From Novakomyces olei (Eukaryota): a stretch of 64,000 nt of DNA. The notes beneath the pieces were generated by a model that was given only the letters and a program-made list of their open reading frames with translations, did not search any database and was not told the origin of the DNA. A program made the translations under genes and the position numbers. This document shows, piece after piece, positions 22,841-35,300 of this stretch (its first letter is position 1; every line of letters begins with the position of its first letter). The DNA lies in contig JADEYG010000003.1 of the NCBI GenBank assembly GCA_016906335.1, positions 620,001 through 684,000 of the forward strand, in the 5' to 3' direction.

Positions 22841-24543
22841 ATGGAGGGTGGTGAGTATTCCGATACTTTTCTCCTTTTATTCTGTGGGCTGTTAAAGTTA
22901 TAAACGCGTCAGATACGCTTCAGAGCGCGTGCGGGCTGCGTTCCCACGTCGGTATACAAGCCTTCTCTTGCCGCTGCCGCCACCGTGTTCCGCAACTCCT
23001 GTATTACGCATGTATGGGAGCGATCATGGTCAATGTTTGGTCACTGCTTACGACTCGGATCACGTTCCCGGCTGGTGGCGGTCTTGGCAAGGTTGGTACC
23101 GGCCGTATGGTGTTTTGTGGCCCGCGTTTAAAGCCCACACTATTGTGTATATATACGTAGAAACGAGACTAACACTGTTGCTAGAGGAAATCGCGGCCCT
23201 CGTGATCGACAATGGCTCAGGCATGTGCAAGGCCGGGTAAGACTCATTCTAATTAAATGAATTTATCACTAACTTTGCAGCTTTGCTGGCGATGATGCAC
23301 CACGTGCCGTTTTTCCCAGTATCGTTGGCCGTCCGCGTCACCAGGGAATCATGGTGTAAGTCTAATACTTGTTACTTGCATATTTGAGCAAGTATATTTA
23401 TTTTATTGAAGATTTATTTTTTAATATATAATGTCTGTATTATATGCTTTGCGTATATATACGTCGATATATACCGATAGTATATACGTCGATATTATAC
23501 GTCGATATTATACGTCGATATTATACGTCGATATTATACGTCGATATTATACGTCGATATTATACGTCGATATTATGTCGATAATATACGTCGATATAAT
23601 GAATACCATCTCTTGGCAATGTCTAACCTTCTAGTGGCATGGGCCAAAAAGACTCGTATGTCGGTGACGAGGCTCAGTCAAAGCGTGGTATTTTGACCCT
23701 CAAGTACCCCATTGAGCACGGTGTCGTTACCAACTGGGACGACATGGAAAAGATCTGGCACCATACCTTCTACAACGAGCTGCGTGTAGCTCCGGAAGAG
23801 CACCCATGTCTTCTGACTGAGGCTCCACTCAACCCCAAGGTGAACCGTGAGAAGATGACGCAAATCATGTTTGAGACGTTCAATGTACCCGCATTTTACG
23901 TGTCCATCCAGGCTGTGCTGTCTCTGTATGCCTCTGGTCGCACGACTGGTATCGTGCTCGACTCTGGTGATGGCGTTACCCACACTGTACCCATCTATGA
24001 AGGTTTCTCACTGCCGCACGCTATCTTCCGCTTGGATTTGGCTGGCCGTGATCTCACCGAATACCTGACAAAGATCTTGCACGAGCGAGGCTACAACTTT
24101 TCCACCACTGCCGAGCGTGAGATTGTTCGCGATATCAAAGAGAAGCTATGCTATGTTGCCCTGGACTATGAGCAGGAATTGCAGACCGCCGCTCAGTCCT
24201 CTGCCATTGAAAAGTCGTACGAACTTCCTGACGGTCAAGTCATCACCATCGGCAACGAGCGCTTCCGTGCTCCCGAGGCTCTGTTTCAGCCATCTGTTCT
24301 CGGCCTCGAGAACGCTGGTGTGCATGAGACATTGTACAACTCTATCCTCAAGTGTGATGTCGATGTCCGCAAAGATCTATATGGAAACATTGTCCTGTCT
24401 GGCGGTACTACGATGTTCCCTGGCATCGTTGAGCGCATGCAAAAGGAGATCCAGGCTCTTGCTCCAAGCAGCATGAAGACCAAGGTTGTTGCACCTCCGG
24501 AGCGCAAGTACTCTGTCTGGATCGGTGGATCTATTCTTGCGAG

Positions 24544-24579
<36 letters not shown>

Positions 24580-24628
24580 GGAATACGACGAGGCTGGTCC
24601 CAGCATTGTTTACCGCAAGTGCTTCTAG
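22841..24628 (+). CDS. ACT1: Actin, 4 exons
   Basis: [21 protein letters not shown] through IVYRKCF. Introns 22851-23184, about 23237-23280 and about 23355-23634. Confidence 0.99.
23480..23600. repeat. 13-bp tandem repeat (TATACGTCGATAT)n in actin intron 3
   Basis: About 7 consecutive units plus degenerate flanks. Confidence 0.9.
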
Positions 24629-25325
24629 AGAGTTTATGTTGAGGCATGACAACGGAAACTGGTGGTCGTTTGGAAAATGGAATAAATCTGTGATCAGAGA
24701 AATGGCAAAGGGAGCAGAGGGACAGGAAAAGACGATTACAGAATTACTGATAATGCTTCAAGTTTGTATCATCTCGATGGACTTTGTCTTTTTTTCTCCG
24801 TTTCTCAAGTTTTCGTTTCCATGCCTCTTGAATTTAAAGAGTAGTCAAAGTGTTCAATAAGGTTCTTCCTACCCGATTTTGATCTCCAGTCTAGTAATAT
24901 ATTTAGCGTATACTTTTGGCACAGAGGAAGCAAACTAAACTGCCCAATAGTCGTGGCTTCTGGTCTCGTCTTTCTTTGAATTAGTAGACACTGGTTTCTA
25001 TGAAAGTAGTCAATTTGTGTATAAAAGTCGCAGGTGCCGTATATCTTTTGGTAGCAATAGTAATTCAAATCAAATATATATACATGTACATATGGAAACA
25101 TGAGCTACATTGAAATAATCCAGTCTAGACGCCGTTGCCGACCGTCCTTTGATAGCATCTGCGTACAATCGTCTGAAGCTGATTGTAGTATAAACAAACA
25201 TTTAAAAATATTTGTTAACTAATGAATTAATGAATTATTTTTAATTGTTTATTTACCTCTACGTCAGTTTGTTAAAAACATTTTTCTTTTAAATAATGGT
25301 ATCCTTTTCACCGGCTTTTGTCTAA

Positions 25326-26581
25326 TTACTCTGCTTTGTGAGGTCCGACCCCGTTTTCCCGGCGTCGAACAACCAAGTTGTCAATAATGCGAGTAGACCC
25401 CACAAGAATGGCTCCGCTTAAAGTAGCTTCCTTGCACTCGTAGAGGCGAACCTGGTCCGATATTGTATCGAGATTCTCGTCCGTCAGCTCCAAGTATTGC
25501 AGTTTGATACCAGGCGCCTCGTCGTCAAGTCGAGATCGAGCTGCCTGCAAGAGGCTTGTTAAACTATTTCCTTCACCTGCGTCCAGCAATTGGCTAGGTA
25601 AAGGTTTTAGCACGTTTATGAGAGCCGTGGCGCGCAATCTTTCTTCTGTTGAAAGGTATATATTCCGGGAGGACAGAGCAAGACCATCGAATTCCCTGAC
25701 AATCGGACATACTCGGAGCGTAACAGGGACTTGCAGATCTTGAATCATGCGTCTAACGACGACAGATTGCTGGTAGTCTTTCTGGCCGAGGTAAAGTACC
25801 GTGGGCTGAGTGATATTGAGCAATTTGAGTACGACAGTAGCAACCCCCCTGAAAAATGTGGGTCTAATAGAACCTTCCAACTAGAGCAGCGTTAGCCATA
25901 CCGTCACTTTAAATCGGTAAATGAAGCAAGGACTTTATCATTCACCATTGGCGAAAAAAGAGCCATTAGTGATTGTAAGCAAACAAAAGATATTTGGTTC
26001 CTCAGAGCAAAGCTGCAATTAAACTGCCTTTAAAGTCAAAACAATAAGCAAACAGACGCAATAAAGAATCATACTGCCGGCAATGAACAAGGCTTCTTGA
26101 TTGAAATCTATTAGAAATGCATTAGAAATGCATTAAAATTCGGGAAACTCAGAATTGTGTTTGTGCTTACCACATAAGACAGTGCTTCAACCGTGACAAA
26201 TGTCGTCTTTTGCGCAGCAGGATTGTACCCGTGAGGATATATTTCGCTTACAGCCGGCACGAAAATTGCATCCACTATAAGGGACCCATCTTTCTCCCTT
26301 TTCAAACTCGCCAGTTTCTCTAGATCAGAATCCAGTGTGGCCGGATACTTGTCCAAATCTTCGTGAGGAGCAAATTGAGTCGGATTCACAAAAATAGATG
26401 CGATTGTATGATCGTTTTCCCGACCGCTCTGCCGCATTAATGATAAATGGCCTTCATGTAAAGCGCCCATTGTAGGGACAAAGCCGATACTGACGCTGCT
26501 GCTGCCGCCGCTTTGGGACAGCACGTCTGCTCGCCATTGCCGCACCTGTGCTACCGTACGCAATACTTTGATAGACGTCAT
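25326..26581 (-). CDS. PAN6: Pantoate--beta-alanine ligase, 2 exons
   Basis: [53 protein letters not shown] and TRIIDN motifs. Confidence 0.96.
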
Positions 26582-26986
26582 CAACTGAGCGATCGGCCGT
26601 TGGCTTTTTTTTTTTTAATGAAAAACTATGGCCAGTGTACGAGATTCTTTTAATGCCTTTATTGGTTTGAGCAGAAAGGACTAATAAACAAATAGCGCTT
26701 TCTTTCTTAGTTCTTAATATCTTAAACGCAGTTCAACAGAAGCTTTGGCAATGAAATGCCACCGACGTCTAAACGAATACAAGAGTTTACAAATCTATGA
26801 TCGATACAGATCGGTGATGAAATACTCGTCCAGACCAGACCAAAATCTTGGGGCGCTATAATGCAGATATTAAAAAAACGTCGGCATTCAAAAGGTATGA
26901 AAAAGTCTATCAGGCATTTGCTTGATAATGTGTAAAGTACAATAAGAGGGAGAATCAAAAAAGTTACACCCAAACTGGGCAGGCTA

Positions 26987-27061
26987 CGCTACAGCGAGGA
27001 TTCGAACCTCGAACGAATCGGTTAACAGCCGAACACTCTAGCCGATTGGAGATACTGTAGC
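26987..27061 (-). tRNA. tRNA-Asn(GTT) with an atypical D-arm
   Basis: Acceptor stem GCTACAG/CTGTAGC, anticodon loop CT-GTT-AA, T-arm CGAGG-TTCGAAT-CCTCG and discriminator G. T6 Pol III terminator at 26957-26962. Confidence 0.85.
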
Positions 27062-28381
27062 CCATTTCAACTGACCATGTAGGTACAGGAAGTTGAAGAA
27101 CATTCGATTAGTAAATATATAAACTTGATATTATAGTTTTTAAAAGTAATACTTGGTCGAAGTGACTGAGTGATTATGACTTCGGCGTGTATAGAAACTT
27201 TAGCACTTGTAAATCAGCATTATTTAGATAATAAATAAACTAACCAATCAAATTAATTATGGCGATAGCCGTTCCAACGCCGAGTCGCTTTTCGAATATA
27301 CGATTGTCTTATGTATAGTGTTTGGCCTCACACTGCATATTTGTTAAAAGTTATTCGCAGTTGCATTCTAAGAATGTGTCTTTTTCTCTCTTATCAGACC
27401 TTTTCTTTTCAGATTGGTACGTTGCTCAGCTAAATAGCCATGATGTTCGGGTTTTACGGTATACGATATTTTGAAATATAGAAGTATTCTTTTCGCAAAA
27501 TTATGCTACCCTTCCATTGATTAAACCAGAGCTATGTTTGTCAATGCTAGCCATATTGGCTCCTTACTGAATAACAGATTAACAAATTGATGATACGTCG
27601 CTGTATATGAATTTAATTTGAACTGCCGTATATCGTGGGGATCCAATTTATTCTCACACCAGTTCCAAGTTCAAGTATTCTGACAATAAGAGGTTTTATA
27701 GGATTCATAATGATCTATCTCGCTATCATATAAACGGAATAATAATATTATTTCTATTTTAGGCGGCGAGGTTACCGCCACATGGTGCCGCCTAGGAACT
27801 GGGCGTGCTTTGAGGCTTTTGCGGTCTTGAGTGGGTTCAGGCTAGGAGCTAGGCACAATGCTGGTCAAAAACAAAATCTGGATTTTAGGGATAACTAATT
27901 ACTGCTATTATCGGAGCTTGATTAATTATTTACTAGTTACTTTTTTCAGTTCATTTTTTAGGAGCCATAGCAAATATTCAAGGAACGAAAAACTGCATTT
28001 CTAATATTCAATCAATATCTATCAAAAATTATCAAAGCTGAGACGAAATTGACAGAGCAAATATCCAAAAATCGGCCGAGTCCAGGCATTCGCTATTGCA
28101 GAAAACTTGATCCAAGGTGCAATAACAGTTATTAAGATAGCCTTCAGATTATCACCACGCGGTATCTCCTTGAAAGCCGGGTCTGATTAAGCGGTTCTAG
28201 CATGTTGACTGAAGCATTAGTCTTAGCTGACGGCTGATCCATTTGCGCTAATGATGTGAAAAGCATCCTCTTTGAAAAATAACTAGCAAATACAGATTGC
28301 GCTCTAGTCTTTATAATTGTATCAAAAGCCGAACGAAAGAATAATGCAGACGTCAACGTCTATGAAAGCCTCCGCCTTCCT

Positions 28382-28651
28382 TTAAGCCCTGCTGTCGACT
28401 GTTATAGTCACGGGCCCATCATTTACCAGGGCCACGTCCATCATTGCCCCGAAAACCCCATTTTTTACACTCTCCATGCCCTTGGGCATTCGTGCCCCAA
28501 TTTTTTCTAAAACGCTCTCATACGTAGCTTTGGCAGTCTCACCACTCGCGGCACTGTGGAAGTCAGGCTTACTTCCCTTTCGAATATTCGCCAGTAGCGT
28601 AAATTGCGAAACTGATCTGTCAATAAAGTTTGTCACTGATGAATGAATGAA

Positions 28652-28695
<44 letters not shown>

Positions 28696-29018
28696 GATAG
28701 ATATAATTGGGACACGAGTACCACATAGGACTTCCCCGTCTATATCTGCGACGGTCCTTTTCCATTGTAAAGATCCCTTTTCGTCTTCGCTGGGAAACCA
28801 TCGCATTTTCGTGATTTTATCTACCACTTTATCCGCATCTTCAGGCGCATCATCGCGTCCGACACCAATCAAAACAAGGAGACCTTTGCCAATACTTGGC
28901 AATTTTACAATCAGAAATCAGAATATACTGAATAATAGATTGAATTGTGCTACCTCGAAACTGTCTGACCGTCTACAGTTACCGATGCACTTTTAACGCG
29001 CTGAATTACCGCCCGCAT
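28382..29018 (-). CDS. DTD1: D-aminoacyl-tRNA deacylase, 3 exons
   Basis: [42 protein letters not shown] and [18 protein letters not shown] motifs. Confidence 0.96.
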
Positions 29019-29057
29019 AGTGTATAAACTAAGAGCATCGAAAATAAAATAAAATAA

Positions 29058-29257
<200 letters not shown>

Positions 29258-29364
29258 AAGCAACAACAACAAAATGCTTACGAGACACATGGACAACGAC
29301 AAAGCGTAGTGTAAATGATATTGTAACGATAAAAAAACTTGTAGATTAATATACACACGCAAAT

Positions 29365-32300
29365 CTATCTATGCCCGACTGATTTCCCCGCTTTCCGCTT
29401 TCGATTTTCCCTGTACCGATGATGATGGTGCATTTTCTTGCGGGCAAAAGTTTCCGGTTCCGCTACAGCTTCGATAGCACGCTTGTACCGTCGGTCAGAC
29501 CGGATTTCCAAGCGTTTTTGCCGTACGCGAGTGTACACGACGGCGTACTCGTCGTGCCCGACTTTAGCCTGCAGCATTTGCAGAGTCTCCTCTGCCGCAG
29601 CCAGGAGGACCTTGTGCTGGTCAGTTGTAGCACCATCGTCCACGTGACCAGATTCAGTGTAGCTGTAAAGGCACTGGACGATTGGCACAGCAAAAGCAGC
29701 AGCTTCGCTGTCTGTCATCACGTGGATCATGACAGAGATGTACTTTATCAGTGCGCCGTTGATCAGCGTAGTTTTTTGCTGGTCCATCGAGTTATCGCGG
29801 CGCCGGAGTACAGCGTAGACTTGAGCAAGTATCCGCTTCATACTATACTCCCTGTACCGGCGGGGCAAAAAAGGGGTTTCTCCTTGTTCTTTTTCGTTTT
29901 CGTCTACGTTTTCGTTTTCGTTTCCGTTTTCCAGTGCCTTTACATTTTCCTGTAGATTTTTCTGTTTTTTTCTGTTTTTCTGTTCTTTTCCACTTTCTAG
30001 TCGGTTTTCCAGTCCATTTTCTTGTTCATTTTCCAGTTCCTTTCCACTTTCCAGTTCCTTTCCACTTTCTAGTCGGTTTTCCAGTTCCTTTCCACTTCCC
30101 AATTCCAATTCCTGCTCTATTTCGTCTACGTCTCCAGACGCGTCGGCATCAATGTGGAGGAGCAAAATGCGACGGGACAGGACGACGAGATTCTTTATTG
30201 CCTGAGCGCAGGCAGCGTCGGTAGTGTGCTCGTTGTCAATATGGGCGAGCATAATAGCAACGAGGGAGGCGAGCAGCCTTCCGTCCAGCACCTGTCCCGG
30301 GCAGAGCCATGCGTCTGCCTGCCCGACGAGGTTCTGCTCAGACAGGCGAGCGAGCTGGAGCCCGAGCAGCCGGCTGGCAGCGACCTTGACCCAGGTGTGT
30401 TTGAAGAAGAGGTACCTATTGACCTGCTGCCAGAGCTCAGCGAATCTCGGGGCAAAGGGGTCCGGCAAAGCCTCAGCCAGCTGGGCAGTGGCCACGAGGA
30501 CAGAGTAGACGGTCTCCCACTGCCACAGGCAGCCACACTGCTTGAGCAGTGCCACTGCTCGAGCAGTAAACGACTGCGCCTGCTGCAGTAAGGACTCGTC
30601 GTCCGCCTTGAGCACTTTGAACAGTCTTCCCCACACAAGGAACCCGCACTTTTGCAGAGCTCTGTTAGTAGTAGTGTTTTTATTAATATTATTAATATTA
30701 TTAATATTAATATTATTATTATTATTGCCATTAATATTAATATTATTATTGCCATTAATATTATTATTTTTGCCATTAATATTATTATTGCCATTAATAT
30801 TATTATTATTGCCATTAATATTATTATTGCCATTAATATTAATATTGCCATTAATATTATTATTAATATTAATATTAATATTAATATTGGTCCACAGCCG
30901 TAGGGACCGGCAGACGAGCGTATACACAGTCTCTATACCACGAGCACGAGCGCAAAAGCTCGTTAAAACAGACGCAGCCAGCTCACGGCACAAGGCAGAC
31001 TCGTCCTCGGCAAAGCACCTGGCCAGGCTGAGGAAGAGCGGTCCACTAAACTCGGCGAGCAGGTCATCACCTAAAGCAGAGCAGAGGCAGTTTATCAGTT
31101 CGAGGACAGACTCACGGCCGGAAGCGTGAGCGTACTCCAAGTTGCGGCAGCAAAAGAGCAATTGCTGCTCCAGCCGGTGCCGGCTCTGAGGGAAATCGAG
31201 CAGGAACCGGGTATACAGCTGCCGGGCAAAGCTGCGAGCGCCTCGAGACTGGTCAGTGACCATTGCCTCTCGGACAGTGCCGTCTATTGCCTCGTACACT
31301 TCCGCCACTTGCCACTGCTGAGCAACGGCAGTTGCGAGTAAAGAGAGCACGACAGACTGCCGTCCGTGCTCTGCCGCTTCAGCTGCGTCAGCGGCAGAGC
31401 GCTTTATAAGGCTCGCAATGGCCGTTTGCTGCTCCGGAAGCAGCAGCGGCAGCGGCCGCTGCTGCCGCAGACACTGCACGACAAACTTGAGGCACACGGC
31501 CGAGTGCTCACTCGCCAGGCTGCTGCTCTCGCTCAGCGCTGACAGAGCGGCACTGAGCAGAGCAGCGACTGACTCTGGACGGCCGCTAAAGTCGACGTGC
31601 ATTACAGAGGCAAAGCATTTGAGTGCCGCCGACTGCACTCGGCCGCTGTACGACAGAGCAATTTCGCCAATAATCGGAACGAGCGGGCCGACGAGCTCCG
31701 GTGTCGACAGCTGCGTGTGCTTTTGCACTGCCAGACGGGCCACGTCGAGAGCGAATACGAGAATGCTCGAAGCATTTGACAAAAGTAATTTAAACTTTTT
31801 CCCTTTAACTTTTTCCTTTTCAAAGTTGTTTTCCTTTTTCTCAAAGTTCTGTGTCTCTTTCAAAAGGCCGTAGCAGAAAACGAGGATTTGAGGGGACGCA
31901 GACGTGTCTGCATTAGCAGCAATGCCGCTGGCAATACGCCTCAAAATCTCGTCAGTCTTGCGCAGCTGCCGGCTGTCCTCAATCCCCTCAAGGCCGTTGA
32001 GGATAGGAGACAAAAGAGACCCAAGAGCAGCAGCAGAGGTCACTGCCGCCAGCCGCTCGTAAGCGTCAAACCCCTTTGTCGTCCTGACCTCTCGCATGCG
32101 GGACACGTACGCCTCCTCCTCCTTCTCTGCCCCAAGATCGCCAGCAATATCCTGTAAAAGAAGACTAGACAGGTCTTGGCAAACAGCGTCCAGTGACCCC
32201 GTCGGGCACTGGTCCCTTGAGGCTGCCAGACGCACCAGCATCGAGTGCACTACGTGGCCCAGGACGTGTCTCTGGTAACCCTTTGCCAGCGTCGTTGTCA

Positions 32301-35300
32301 GCTCGCTAAGTACGAGGCTTAAGTACTGCGGACCCAGCCGTTCCGCTATCCCCGCAAGTGCCTGCCGAGCAGAGTCACGGACATCCTGAGCCCGGCTCTT
32401 GAGAATGTGCACTATGCTCAGCAGTACTGCCGGCAAACGGGCAGAGACGGCCTCTGTAGAGAGCAGCATTACCATCCTCACTGCTGGGGGGGCTATTGCC
32501 ACACGGACACCGACACTGGCCGCGTCTTGTATCTGCAAGATCTGCTCTAGCGGAGCGATAATATACGCCTGGCAAGTAGCGTCAAAGGCCGTCTCTCTGT
32601 CTTTGACTTTGTCTTCTTTATTGCCTTTTTTATCCTCTTTATTGCCTTTTTTATCCTCTTTATTGCCTTTTTTATCCTCTTTATTGCCTTCTTTGTCTTT
32701 ATTGCCTTCTTTGTCTTTATTGCCTTCATTGTCTTTATTGCCTTCATTACTATTTCCCTGACAAACGGAACGGGAGAGCAACCTCTCCTCGACATTCACT
32801 ACACTGCTCATACCCCCCGTCAGCACTCCTCTGGCTGCCTCTAGTGTCTGGCACAGAGCTGTTACCAGCTTTATATCGTTTGCGGCTGCCTTGGCACTGG
32901 CCGGATTGGCAGCAATAACCTCCCTCATATGCCTTACACGTCTGGCAAAGACAGAGCGAAACTGCGGCCACGAAACGTCGAGTAAGAGATGGCCCACTGT
33001 CTCTACAGACTCGTCACGCAAAATTGGAGAGTTGGAGGCAGTGAGATTGTGCTCGAGCAAGGGCAAAAGGATCTGTACAACAGTCGATGGCAGAAAGCCG
33101 TTGGCATCAGCAATAGCTCTCAGCCGCCGTACAGCTCTTTCCCGCCGGTGCACTTGGATATGCAGCAAGTTGAGAAACACATTGGCCTCTTGGTCTCCTT
33201 CAACAAGCAGCCGAGTCAGCTGGGACAGCTCCTCAATCTGCCCTCCAAGCTTTGCTACTGTATGCGACAGTACAGCACACGCCTCGTACCGTACTGCCTC
33301 TGCCAAACTGCTCAGGTCGCGCTTAATTGCCGGCAGCACTCTGCCCGTAACGAGAGCCAGTCCCGATTGTTGCAAGACAGGGTTTTCCTGTACGGCATCG
33401 ACTATTCGGCGTAGAGCGAGCGAGGCACTGCTGCGCACGGAAAACTCGTCTGTGTCGCGTATGAAAAACAGAGCATTGTACAAAACAATAGCAATACTCT
33501 CCACAGTCAGTGTTGCACTCCCGCCTCGATTGAAGGCTGACCACGCTGTGATTCTTGCGTCATAGTCAATCTCGCCCAGCCGAGCCTTGCGTGTAGCGTT
33601 CAGCTCCGCCGCCAGGACTGACCCGTCCCGGATAACAGGGTGTATGGCGGCAATATCCTGTATAAAGCCCACTAGAGCCTGCCTCTGTGAGGGCTCTGCA
33701 AATATGGCAAACAAGGAGATAATGGTATCCCACCAACTCCCAATACCGACTTCAATACGGAGCCAGGTCGGGTCCCGTTTGAACAGGTTCTGCAAGAGCT
33801 CAACGACTTTTACCTTGGACCGCACAGACACGAGCCTGTCTGGCTTGTGGAGGAAAGGTAAAAGAAGCCCTGCAAACTGAGCAGTGCCATCCTTGACCAG
33901 AGCAGTTTGCTCGCTCTTCAGGCCATCAGAGCCATCAGAGCCATCAGAGCCATCAGAGCCAATCAGAGGAGCCAGTCCACTGGCAATTTCAAGTGCTTCA
34001 TTGACGACTCCCGCATTGTGCACACTGGCATGCCTCAAAAGCACCTGGAAACTGTCGAAAATAACGAAAATATTGGACACTAAAAGGCGAGTGGCCTCCT
34101 CACACTCGGGCGAGAGCCGGGCAAGATTGGCAAGGAAAGCGAGTACTGTGGAAACAACGCTTGTCTGCACAAACGGGACTGCCAAACACTCCACCATTGC
34201 TCGTGTGACTCTATCGTCAAAGGCAGTCAGATTACGGCAAGTGTCTGCTCGAGTGCTCCAGTGCAAAAACAGCCTTTGCAGACTCGAAACGCTCTGCGCA
34301 TTTTCCTGTGGGAATTTGTCCAATTTAGCGCTCACGTAGAAACGGAAAAGCAATGACGTAAACTCGTCCCACTGCACCCCTGGCGACCGCTCATACAAAA
34401 GGGTAAAAGCCCGGAGAGATGACTGCCTTACATACTTTGTGCTGCCAACTCCACTCAACGACTCTGGTGCCTTTGTATGGCGAGCGTCCACTGTAAGCAG
34501 GCAGCACAGTAGCACCTGTGCCAGCATGAGAGCTGTGCTCGGATCCAGCTTGAATCCTAGTTGCTCAACCACTTCCTGGCCCATTGTAACAAACCCTACC
34601 AGCTTGCGCATAAAGGCTTCATCCTCTGCTTGGTCAAAGGCGTGCAATATTGCCTCAAAGGAATCGTGCTGCAAAAGAGGCGAAAAGGGACGGAGCATTA
34701 TACGCACAAGGGCGACAATGTACCGTGGCTGCAGACTTGCTAAAGTGCCCAGGATGACTGTACGACGGTTCTGTTGTCCTTTTTTCTGGCTCGCCGAGTG
34801 CTTTCGGGAGACCATTTGACCGTACAACAGCGACAGGGCAACGTCCATGGCTTTAGCTGCATGCTGAGCGTTGATGACTGAATCTTTTTCATCGACGGCC
34901 AAAAAGAGGGACAGCTCGTCCCTCTGCTTTGACTCGTCCAGCAGGTTTTTGAAATGATCCATGTACGCTCCAACGTGGGATTCGTCCCAGTTGCCGATAC
35001 AGTCCAGTGAAGCTTTTTGAATCTGGCCGTCTCCAGAAGCCAGACAATCGTACACACAATCATAGACCTGCTGTGCCATATAGAAATTGGTGCTTAGATC
35101 TGTAAACTTGGAAAACAAGACTAATATCTGCAGCCTGTTCTCCCGCGAGTAGTGGTGCACTTTTGAGGAGGAGACAGCGCCTATTTTCGAGTTCATAGCC
35201 ACAAGAATAGGCGAAAGCACCTGTAATCTTTGCACTGCCAGGCTCGGAATACTCTGCAAGAGACGGAGACTCTGCGTTACTCTCCCGGGAACAATTCCCA

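Noticed and set aside
23639..24628. Alternative CUG decoding
   Set aside because: CTG codons fall at conserved Leu positions in actin (e.g. NELRVAP), consistent with the standard code.
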